A stretch of 64,000 bases of DNA from a bacterium (GTDB lineage Bacteria > Hinthialibacterota > Hinthialibacteria > Hinthialibacterales > Hinthialibacteraceae). The notes beneath the pieces are model-generated. The model worked only from the letters and a program-made list of their open reading frames with translations, did not search any database and was not told where the DNA came from. The translations under genes and the position numbers were made by a program. This document shows, piece by piece, positions 40,368 through 50,500 of this stretch; within the stretch, counting starts at the first letter, position 1; the number at the start of each line of letters is the position of its first letter. Location of the stretch: assembly GCA_963663405.2 (NCBI GenBank), contig CAXXSM010000160.1:1-64000 (forward strand), given 5' to 3'.

Positions 40368-41390
40368 TTATTCCAGCGTCTGTATCGATTGCGCTTCATC
40401 AGGCCTGAGCGCGAATTCGGCGCCATCTTCACCGGTCAGCACGAGGCGGCCCGCCTCGTCGATCGATTTTGTAAATACCACCATTTCTCTACCACGTACT
40501 TTTAGCCGGATCGTCTTGCCCAGCGTGGAGGAGTATCGCTTCCAATAGCCTCTAACCGTCTCTCCCCCGTCGTAACGCATCGCTTCCCAAAGACTCTCCC
40601 AAGTTGAGCCGCACTGCGCGAGCAACAGATCCCGCCGCCATTCATCCGGGCGCAGCATGGCGAGAGAGACGGCGGTTGCGCGGAGATCGGGCGGCCAATC
40701 TTGCGGCGCGCTGTGGATATTCAATCCAAGGCTGATCAAAAGGCGCCGGTTTTGTTCATCCCGTTCCACTAGGACGCCGCCCAGTTTCTTTTTGTGTGCC
40801 ATCAAATCATTGGGCCATTTTATTTTAACGGGAATTTGGTATGCGGTGTCCAGTACGCGCGCTACTGCTGTCACCGCGTAAAGTGAGAGAAGGGAAGGGG
40901 ATAGTTGCCATTCGGGGATAGCCGCGAGAAAGGTAAGGAGCAAGTCTTTGCCTTTAGGGGAAATCCACGGCGCCCCAAATCGCCCGCGTCCTTTTGTTTG
41001 CTGGTTGGCGGCGATAACGGTTCCATGCGAATCCGCCTGTCCCGCCAACGTCTTTGCGAGATCGATTGTTGAGGTGATCTCATCGCCCACAAGAATCCGT
41101 TTACCCCACCACCGGGTTGAGAGACGCGCCGTGACTGTGTCTGGATGTAACAGCCGTTCCCGTGGTTCGTAATAGAATCCATAAGAGGGGCGGTAGTTAA
41201 TCCGAATCCCTTCGGCCTGTAACACCGCAATAGTTTCGGTGACGGTCAATTCATCCAAGCCGGATTTCCCCATGAGGGTATCCAGCGAATAAAACGCAAG
41301 TGGGCGATCGATCAAAAAGCGGAGAAGAGCGGTCTTCTCCGGCGTATTAATCAGACATTCCTGTCCGGCGATGGTGATGGTTTGTTTCAT
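40368..41390 (-). CDS. birA: Biotin-[acetyl-CoA carboxylase] ligase with N-terminal HTH
   Basis: 'QTKGRGRFG..W.SP', 'IKWPNDL', 'KKLGGVLVE', 'GLN'; N-terminal wHTH-like segment. Confidence 0.92.
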   Translation of the reverse strand: MKQTITIAGQECLINTPEKTALLRFLIDRPLAFYSLDTLMGKSGLDELTVTETIAVLQAEGIRINYRPSYGFYYEPRERLLHPDTVTARLSTRWWGKRILVGDEITSTIDLAKTLAGQADSHGTVIAANQQTKGRGRFGAPWISPKGKDLLLTFLAAIPEWQLSPSLLSLYAVTAVARVLDTAYQIPVKIKWPNDLMAHKKKLGGVLVERDEQNRRLLISLGLNIHSAPQDWPPDLRATAVSLAMLRPDEWRRDLLLAQCGSTWESLWEAMRYDGGETVRGYWKRYSSTLGKTIRLKVRGREMVVFTKSIDEAGRLVLTGEDGAEFALRPDEAQSIQTLE

Positions 41391-42814
41391 TTCTTTTTGG
41401 ATCGATCCTCTTGCTTAAGCCGTTCTTTCCTGCGTTCGTCCCAAGTTTTCATGCGGTCTTGAATTTTCTTTTCAAACCCCCGGTCTGTGGGTTCATAAAA
41501 GACGGTTCCTTTTAATTTGTCCGGCAGATATTCTTGTGTAGTAATCGCGTCTTCGAAGTCATGCGCGTATTGATACCCTTTGCCATATCCAAGATTTTTC
41601 ATCAATTGAGTCGGCGCGTTGCGGATATGCAGCGGTGTGGGTTGATAGCCGAATTCTTTCACCGCGGCGGTGGCTTTCGAGAAAGCCGTGTAGATGGCGT
41701 TGCTTTTGGGCGCGGTCGCGAGATAGACAGCGGCTTCCGCGAGCGCCAGTTCTCCTTCCGGTGAACCAAGATATTGGTAGGCGTCGCGCGCGGCGAGCGC
41801 CAGCAGTAACGCATTTGGATCGGCCAGCCCAACGTCTTCATAGGCGAAGCGAACGATTCGCCGCGCCACATAGAGCGGATCTTCCCCCGCTTCCAACATC
41901 CGCGCCAGCCAATAGAGCGCGCCTTGGGGATCGCTGCCCCGCATGCTTTTATGCAGGGCGGAAATCAGATTGTAGTGCTCCTCTCCTGATTTGTCATAAA
42001 GGATTCGCTTATCCTGCAGGGCTTTTGAGGTGTTCTCCCATGTCAACTGTGGTTCCGATGTTTCGTCTTGCAGCGAATGGACAATTCGTTCGAGCGATGT
42101 CAGCGCCACCCGCGCGTCTCCATGCGAGACGGAGACGATCGCCTGCAGGGCCTCATCGTCAGCGTGAACCTTTATTCCCTCTTTGGTAAGCGTCTCTAGT
42201 CCCCGTTTTAAAATGGTCGTCAGGTGTTCCGGTTCCAGAGTGGAAAGTGTGAAGACCGTCACACGGGAGAGAAGCGCGCCATTCACCTCGAACGATGGAT
42301 TCTCCGTCGTCGCTCCGATTAAGGTGATCAGTCCGGTTTCGACGTGGGGCAGCAACGCGTCTTGTTGGCTTTTGTTCCAGCGGTGGATTTCATCGATAAA
42401 GAGGATTGTTTTTGTCTGCTGAATTGCTCGCGCCTGCTTGGCTCGTTCAATGATTTTTCGCAGATCTTTGATTCCGCTATCCGTCGCTGATAGTTTCAGG
42501 AATAGGCTTTTAGAAATCTGCGCCAGCAGTAAAGCCAGGGTCGTTTTTCCACTTCCTGGTGGTCCCCATAAAATCATCGAAGGAATGCGGTCCCGTTCAA
42601 TGGCTTTGCGAAGCGGGCGGTCTTCCCCCAGAATCGTATCCTGACCGGCTATGTCCTCCAACCGCTGGGGACGCGTCCGTTCCGCCAAAGGCGCGTTAGG
42701 AGATGGTTCCTTTCCCTCCTCTGAAAAATTCTCCCCCGTTGGGAAAAAAGTGCCTTGGTAATTGATTGTATCCAAACGTTGATCTTTCCTGTATCTGGAT
42801 TTTATCCGAAACAA
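41387..42814 (-). CDS. rarA: Replication-associated recombination protein A (MgsA); true start uncertain
   Basis: 'PLAERTRP', 'WGPPGSGKTT', 'FIDEIHR', 'GATTENPSF', 'ISALHKSMRGSD', 'GYGKGYQYAHD'. Confidence 0.95.
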   Translation of the reverse strand: MFRIKSRYRKDQRLDTINYQGTFFPTGENFSEEGKEPSPNAPLAERTRPQRLEDIAGQDTILGEDRPLRKAIERDRIPSMILWGPPGSGKTTLALLLAQISKSLFLKLSATDSGIKDLRKIIERAKQARAIQQTKTILFIDEIHRWNKSQQDALLPHVETGLITLIGATTENPSFEVNGALLSRVTVFTLSTLEPEHLTTILKRGLETLTKEGIKVHADDEALQAIVSVSHGDARVALTSLERIVHSLQDETSEPQLTWENTSKALQDKRILYDKSGEEHYNLISALHKSMRGSDPQGALYWLARMLEAGEDPLYVARRIVRFAYEDVGLADPNALLLALAARDAYQYLGSPEGELALAEAAVYLATAPKSNAIYTAFSKATAAVKEFGYQPTPLHIRNAPTQLMKNLGYGKGYQYAHDFEDAITTQEYLPDKLKGTVFYEPTDRGFEKKIQDRMKTWDERRKERLKQEDRSKKK

Positions 42815-42940
42815 ATTGTGAGAATTATTTAATATGTTAAAAACATTTTATATCTGACTCTGTCTTCCAGGTACCTTTTTATCGCCTTGTCTTTAAAATA
42901 GGGAGAAATTATTAACAAATTATCAAATGAATTGTACTCC

Positions 42941-44485
42941 ATGACGAACCAATACTCTTCCTTTCCTTTTCTTGTCTTGACGACTTTTTTGGCTTGGGTG
43001 ATCGCTGATCTAACGCCACTGGTTTTGTCTGGTTTTGTTCTGCCGTATTCAATCTTGGCGCTGGTCGAGGGAATTCTGCTCCTCCAGCTGCTTCTCGCAT
43101 GGAATGCAAGCGAAAACCGGCTTTCCATTGGAATGTTGGTGTTATTCGTTCTTTTATTCGTTCTGCGGATTGGTTACCGGACGGTGGACTCGACAAGTTT
43201 GCTGTGGGGATTGCGCATGGCGGCGGTTCATAATCCTTTTCTCGGATTCATAGTGTATACCATTGGAATCGCGGCGCTTCATCCGGACGCGTATGCGGGT
43301 GTCCAGCGTATCGCTTTGGAGGTCGCGGCCTGGTCCAAGCAAAAACGAATCATCTATTTCACCGGTTGGCTGCTGATCCTTGGATTTCTGTTCTGGGCGC
43401 TGCGATCCAAGAATATTTCCCGCGATGGGCAGGATTGGATTCTCCGGACGATCCATCCAGTCTGGCATTTATACATGCGGGAACCTTTAACGATTGGTTT
43501 ATATAGGCTGGTATTTTGTATTGCGCGGCCGTTGACGTACTGTACGAGTTACCATGTCATTGCAGGACTTTCGATGGTATCCGGAGTGTGGGGCCTCTTT
43601 TGGTACGACAGGTTCTTGAAAGATAAATGTGGGGATACGCATGAGCGTATTCTGGGTTGGCTCCTACTCTTGTCGACAGGAGGCTTACTAGTCCTTTTCT
43701 TTGGACACATGGAGGTTTATCCCATCCTTATTGGAGGCTTGTTCCCCACCTTTTACTTTGCAAATCGATATTTGACGGGGCAAGTAGGGATCGTTCCGGT
43801 TGCGCTCTTCTTTTCGATCGCGTTTTTGCTGCATCTCTCAGCGGGTTGGCTCTTGCCGGCGTTTCTTTTACTTCCATTTTTTAAGCGGAAACGAACTTCA
43901 ACGGCGTGGGATTGCTTTCTCTTTCTCGCGTTGTATGGCTCTGTGCAGATTCTCTTTTGGACATTCCTTTTCACAATCTATTATGGAGCCGATCCAGCGC
44001 GATTCTTCGCTCGTTTGCATGAGACGTTTTTCGTCGGGCCTGATCGCGCGATGTTTCTGCCGGTGAGTGTGTGGTTTCATCCCTGGCGGTTGTGGGATTT
44101 ATGCAATGAATATTTATATCTATCCATCCCTTCGATTCTATTGACGCCCATTGCGATGTGCGCCTGGTTCCGGCGCCGGCGCCGCGAGGATGGATTTTGG
44201 ATTCTTGCGTTTGCAGGATATTTTGTATACAGCGCCGTCTGGAATCCCGATCGGGGTTTCCCAGAGGATTGGGATCTCTTTTCCCCTCTTACGCTCCTAT
44301 CCCTTTATCTTTTGATTCATATGCTGATCGGCGCCGATCGATCACCCAACCAATCGAATGATTCAGAACCATCGATCCACAACCGGACGTGTCTTTATGT
44401 TTATCTCGTTTCGATGGGAACGTTCCCATTTGCTCTCGCGCAGATATGGTATCACCATATCACGCCGTTGTTTCGGTTTGGATGA
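42941..44485 (+). CDS. Polytopic membrane protein, possibly GT-C-type glycosyltransferase
   Basis: Many hydrophobic segments; loop motifs 'SRDG', 'REPL', 'GHMEVY', 'DWDLF'. Functional call is tentative. Confidence 0.5.
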   Translation: MTNQYSSFPFLVLTTFLAWVIADLTPLVLSGFVLPYSILALVEGILLLQLLLAWNASENRLSIGMLVLFVLLFVLRIGYRTVDSTSLLWGLRMAAVHNPFLGFIVYTIGIAALHPDAYAGVQRIALEVAAWSKQKRIIYFTGWLLILGFLFWALRSKNISRDGQDWILRTIHPVWHLYMREPLTIGLYRLVFCIARPLTYCTSYHVIAGLSMVSGVWGLFWYDRFLKDKCGDTHERILGWLLLLSTGGLLVLFFGHMEVYPILIGGLFPTFYFANRYLTGQVGIVPVALFFSIAFLLHLSAGWLLPAFLLLPFFKRKRTSTAWDCFLFLALYGSVQILFWTFLFTIYYGADPARFFARLHETFFVGPDRAMFLPVSVWFHPWRLWDLCNEYLYLSIPSILLTPIAMCAWFRRRRREDGFWILAFAGYFVYSAVWNPDRGFPEDWDLFSPLTLLSLYLLIHMLIGADRSPNQSNDSEPSIHNRTCLYVYLVSMGTFPFALAQIWYHHITPLFRFG

Positions 44486-44540
44486 TCGCAACCGAAAAGA
44501 TTTTCAATTACTAAGAAAAATACTAAGCAAGAAAAATGGA

Positions 44541-47500
44541 TTAATAAATCATCCAACACTCCACCTGTGTCGGCAGGTCCGTTGCGGTAATCGTTCCATT
44601 CTCGATATTGATGGGGATCTCGTTAAGATTGATATCATACGCCGCCAGGTTCGCGAATGTAAGTGGCGATGTCTTGACGTCGGCTTCAGGATCTAATTGA
44701 TATTCCAGCGTCATGACGGAACCATCCCCCGTGAATCCCGATGCGCGAATCCAATTGAAGCGCGCAAGTCCCCGGATGGCAGGTAAAGATCCAGGATTGA
44801 ATGTATGAAGCGTATTCGGCGCGAGAGGATCGATTGTCTCATCCATGAGCATGAGTTGAGACGCGTCGTATTCAATATCAAACGCCAGATTCCCCAACTC
44901 GGAAGCGTTTGAAACGGTTACATCGAGAGAGGTCGTTTCGCCACGGGAAATATCGGCGGAACTCATAGATAGCGTAATCGGATCGCCGGTCGCGAGTGTC
45001 CGCAAAGATCGGTGGGACGCGGTTGCGTTCGATTGAGCGATTTCGTTGGAAAGCGCGCTCAACGCGCCCAGGTTTTTCAAGATAAATTTATCGAGTCCAT
45101 AATTCGGTTGCATGGAATCGAACGCTGTATAGGTTAAACGGTTGGGAAGGCCGCTTGAACCGATGGCGTAAATCTCTTTTCCTCCATCCCGGTCAGAGGA
45201 GAAGAGAAGCGTTCCCTCATAATAATTCTCACTGATTCGGGCTAAAGCCCATTCCGGATCATCATCGTTCGCGAGATTGTATGTATAGCGGCGGAGAGTT
45301 CCGGAAGTCAAATTGATTGAATAGATTTCCGGATTTCCATCCCGGTCGGAGACAAAGGCGATTTCATCGCTCGTATGGGTACCCCAAACGGGCTTGTAAT
45401 TATTTCCTACGCCGTCAGTCAGCTGCCGTGGATTGGCGCCATCCGCGTCCATAAGCCAAATATCCATATTCCCGCCACGATCGGAAGTGAATGCGATCGT
45501 GCTTCCATCATAGGACTCTGCGGGATGCCGGTCGATCGCTGGATTGACTGTCAAACGCTCCGGTGGGGGTGGTGGAACGAAGGCGCGGATCATATAGGGA
45601 TTCTCTATATCAAGCGTATCCCACCATTCATATTCACTCGACCAAATCCGGCTATTATAGTATTCACCAGAGGCTGAACAGCCAATTTCGGGTCTATTGT
45701 CTTCTAGAAAAACAATAGCGACGAAAAAGTCTTCGGGAACTTCGATCGGTTCTAGATCGACGGAAAACCATCCGGTTTCAGCCGGATTCGCCGTTCCTTC
45801 CGCTAGAATCGTATCCGATGGAGAGAAACGATCCCATTCGTGTATTTTCCATCCAAACCGCGCCGGTTGTCCGGCGATGTAGAACGAGATGCGGCGCAGT
45901 GTAGACGGTTTGACAGAGAATCGCACACCCAACATATCGCCCGCGGCTCCAGTCGCAATGCTGCTGAAAATCCCATCATCATAGGCAATGCTTCCAAAAG
46001 GAGTTTCTAAATCGAGTTCGGAACGGTATATCTCCGGATTGCCATCTCGTTCAGAAACAAATACGATGCTGGTTGATTCGTCGCGCCAGGATGGATCGTA
46101 ATCCGCGGCGGGATCGATTGTAAACTGTTTGGGTTCTGTCTCATCCATCTGGAGGACCCATAGATCCTGATTCCCGCTTCGCTCGGAGGTGAACAGCATT
46201 GTATCTCCGGATGGATTTAATTGCGGATCGAAATCGTTCGCGGGATCAGACGTTATTTGAATCGGTGTCTCCAGCGCGCGGGAGAAGAGATAAATATTTT
46301 GATTGTCCGGCGTCCCGGATGTAAAGACAAACGGTGGATCGTACGCCTCATTGCCTTCACTCAAATTGACAGGGCCGAATTCCGATGTGTTGCCATTGGG
46401 ATGAATGACGATCGCATGATATTCAAATCCCATCGGCCGGGCGCACTCGGCGTAGAATCGCTGATTGCGGACGGTGGCTTTTCCTATCATCATTTCCCCT
46501 TCATCCGCGAAATCGGCGTAGATTTCAACTACGCTTCCATTCGGCGCGCCATCCGCCGCGCCACGCAGTTTTTCCGTTCTTCCTGGCAGAATCCAGTCGA
46601 TCACGGGCGCGGTAATATTATTGTTGCCGCCTTGCAGATTAATTCCTTTCATATTGTTGTCTGTGATCATATTGCGGCTGATGAAGTTACGATTCGAACT
46701 CCCTCCTTCGATCATAATTCCATCCCGCCGGTTTTCGAGGATCATATTCCCTACGATAACGTTGCTGTTGGCTCCGTCTCCGATCATGATTCCATGATCG
46801 CTGTTGCCTTGAATCACATTCTTTCTGATTTCCACTTTCTTGACGCCATCACTCAGTTGAATACCGTGTCCATTGGCGGTATAGCTGGAATCGAATAAGG
46901 AATAGGAGCCACCGATGATATTGTTATAAATAAAAACCTGCGTGTTGGCGCCCTCTGCGATAATCCCCGCCAGCCCATTGCCTTCGATATAGTTACCTTC
47001 CTGCTCGGTCAGACCACCGATCCAAATCCCTTTGCCTCCATCCACTTGAACGCCGATCCCATCAAAGAAGGTGTTATCAAAGATTTCGCATTCTGAAATT
47101 TGAACCGTGCGAGTGTTACTTCCCTGAATCCAAACACCATACGATTCATTGTCATGAATATATACCTCACTCCCCTTGCCGCTGCTTCCTACATATATGT
47201 CTTGGGAATCTTTGATGTTCAATCCCGCGATCTGGTTGCTGTACAGTTCTAAGAGTTCATCATATCCAGCTAGATAGACATGATCTGAATTTTCTATATA
47301 TACTCCACTCTTATTGTTCCTTTCGCAGGTTACGCTCGTTAAATAGATTTCCGAGGAATTGTTAATGATCGAAATTCCATCCCCCCGGTTTTGATCAATG
47401 ATACAGCGGGTGACATCAATGAATTTGGAATCGTCGATCACCATTCCCGTCGAATTTTGTTGGTTATTGAACGTGATTTCATCCACGAGAATGTCCGTGC

Positions 47501-50500
47501 AGCCACGCATGATCAGGCCTTCGTTGGTATTGACCCAGATAAGAGACGAATCTCCTTGTATAGTCATATTGGCGCAGTTCTCTAAAACCATCCCCTTATC
47601 TGAACACCGGTAGATGACAGTGTCATCGAACAGGATGTCGTGCGCCTTCTCGGCGAGAACGCCGATTTGGGTCGCGTCTTGGATGACATTGCCTGAGAAA
47701 AAGTGATTACTGCAATCTTCACCGGAGAGATATACATTCACATTAAAGGATTTAATTTCATTATCGAAGATATCAATTCCCCAGGAATTATCGATCAGCA
47801 GACCGTACCCATTGGGGTAATAGGGGTAGGATGGAAATTCTTCCCCCGCGGCTACGAACGGAATGAATCCGAGTGTATTGTCTTCTATCAATGCGGACGA
47901 GAAAGGAAGCCCCATTTCTGGAATTAGATCATCGATAAGGATCCCGCCTTCTCCGTTATTTCCAATCGCATTGCTGAGAATCATGTTATAGGGCGCGTTG
48001 TTCATGATGGCGACGCCGAACAACCGGTTCAATTTTCGATCGGTCAAAACATGGGCTTCAGAACCGATTGTGCACTGTTCGATTACGTTGAACATCGTGC
48101 CGGCGCCATCGATCATTACACCATTCCCGTCATTATCTTTTATGATCAGGTTTTGGATTAAATTAAAATTGGCGCCTTCGTGAATCAATACACCATCGCC
48201 GCCGTTCATGGCGTTCGCGTTTGGGTATAGTTCTTCCGAATAGTTTTGAATGCCGATTGAACCTCCCACAAAAACATTTCCATACGTCATTTCCCCCTCG
48301 AGAACAATCCCGTGGCTTCCATTCCCCATGATCCAATTCTGATCGAACCGGTTCTGATTTGAGCCTCCAAGGATCCATACACCATACTTCTTATTCCCAG
48401 CAATAATTCCTGATGGAGTCGAATTGAAGTCCGTATCTTTCCATCCCCCTGCGTATAGGGAAGTAAATGTGTTTAATTGAGTTTTTTCTCCTGTAAGCGC
48501 AACTCCGCAGTCATTGTTATTGAGAAAGGCGCCATTCGTCTCGTTCATCTGAGAGCCGTTTAAAATATATAGACCGTTCTTGGGATTGTTGGCGGATATA
48601 ATGGATTCCAACTTGTTATAAGTGGAATCATCCAACACAATCCCATGCCCATCTTTGGTGTTGATGGCTTGGATTGCGCTTAATGTGTTATCGTCACTTT
48701 GGTCGAGAGTGACTCCGCTGGTCTGGCATTTGTCAGCGGTAATCTTATTGCATTGGTTGCCATACGATTTTTGGATATAGACGCCGTTCGCGCAGTTTTC
48801 AATCGTGAGAGTGTCACTCGTTTTTTCTGGATAATTTTGTGTCAAGCCAGAGACGGTATTCCCGTTTGTTTCTTTTAATTCCACGCCGTACTGGCTACAG
48901 TTATCGATTTTTTCAACTTCAATGACATTCAATTTCCCCTTGTTGACACTCACACCGCTGCTGTTCTGGAAGCCGGAGAGATGGAGAGTCATCAGAGTGT
49001 TTTCCTGTCCGTCTTCGATAAGAACGCCTTTCCCGTCCCAAGGATACAGTTTGGCCTTGACGATGTTTTTCCCTCCGCCGTTAATGTGAACAACATTGCC
49101 TCCACTGCCTTTCACAGTCACGGAATCATCAATCTGATTCCCAAAACCTTTTTCAATCCAAATCCCCGCTTGAGAGCCGGTCTGTAGAGACAATGTGCTG
49201 CCGCTGATGTGCGCTGAACTGCCTTCGAACTTGATGGGCTGTGAACTGTTTATGATCCCATTGATGATGTAACATCCATCCAGCAACGCGATCGGCCGGG
49301 GGAATTGATATTGCAGAATTACATTGCTTGACATTTCAATCCGGTCCAACTGACCGAGGCGCAACTCTTCCCCTGCGTTATATGTCCCTGGATTCAGAAT
49401 TCGGATCAAATCGGCTACGTCTTTTCCCGTGTAACTCTTATAATCGGTGAGAGGGGAATTATAGACGGAAACTAGATCCCCTTCTTCCAAGGTGTGTCCT
49501 GTATCGGTGTCCAGGTTCTCATCATACATGGGAACCAGTTCTTTTCTTCCCCCTTCCAGATTGTAGTGATTTTGACGGATGTGTTTTCGGATTTCATGGG
49601 CGGGGCCGTTACTGGTTCCTAGTTTTTTGGGAGGATCGATAGCGCCGGCGATCCATTGTTTATCATAAATGGGTTTCCCATCCGCGTCTTCACCAATTTT
49701 TACATTCTGTTGGAAATAGTTATGTATTTGTTCTTCGTTTTCATCATCCCAGACGATTCCTCCAGATAAGGCAAATGGATTCTCTTTTCCACTGGCGAAC
49801 GCCACCGCCTCGTCAAATGATATGTTTCCATTAGGGTTGAGCCCGGAGGATGTATCGGTCACGGTGATCGTCGCGTTCCCACCCGTCAGCTGTGGCGCGG
49901 CGGGAATGACAACGCCTGGATTCTTTTTGATCGTAATTTGATTCGACAATCCCGCTGCATTCCAGACCTTCACGGGCAGGGATTCATTATCATCACCTAC
50001 GGTTGGCATCCGGAATGTAAGCCGGCTCTTTTGAGCCGAATCAGGACGGTACCACCGGTCTTTCACGGATACCCATGTCTCGTGCAGATTGTCACCGGTG
50101 AGAACGATCGATTCCCCGGCCATCGCTTCGGTTACATTTTGATTTTGGATGACAGGTGGTCCCAGAACTTTGAAAGGGATATGAGTGGATTCTTTCCCCG
50201 TGATTGGCGAGCGGACGTAAATCTCTGTATCACCCGGATCGATCGCAGGGACGCGAACCCCCAGTTTGTTTCGATATTTCTCAACAATCGTGCCTTGTTT
50301 ATCGCCGAAATAGACGTAATCGAGTCCGTCGAAAAAAAACTCGTAACCCGTAATTGTAATAATACTGCCGCCGGTATCCGAGATATAAATTCCAGATGGA
50401 ACGTTGGTGATTGCCGAGTAGCCCTCCGCTGGTTTGACGCTTTCGATGAATGGAGCAGGATCGTAAAGGAATTTCAGTGTCGCTTGCGCTGGTTTTTGTG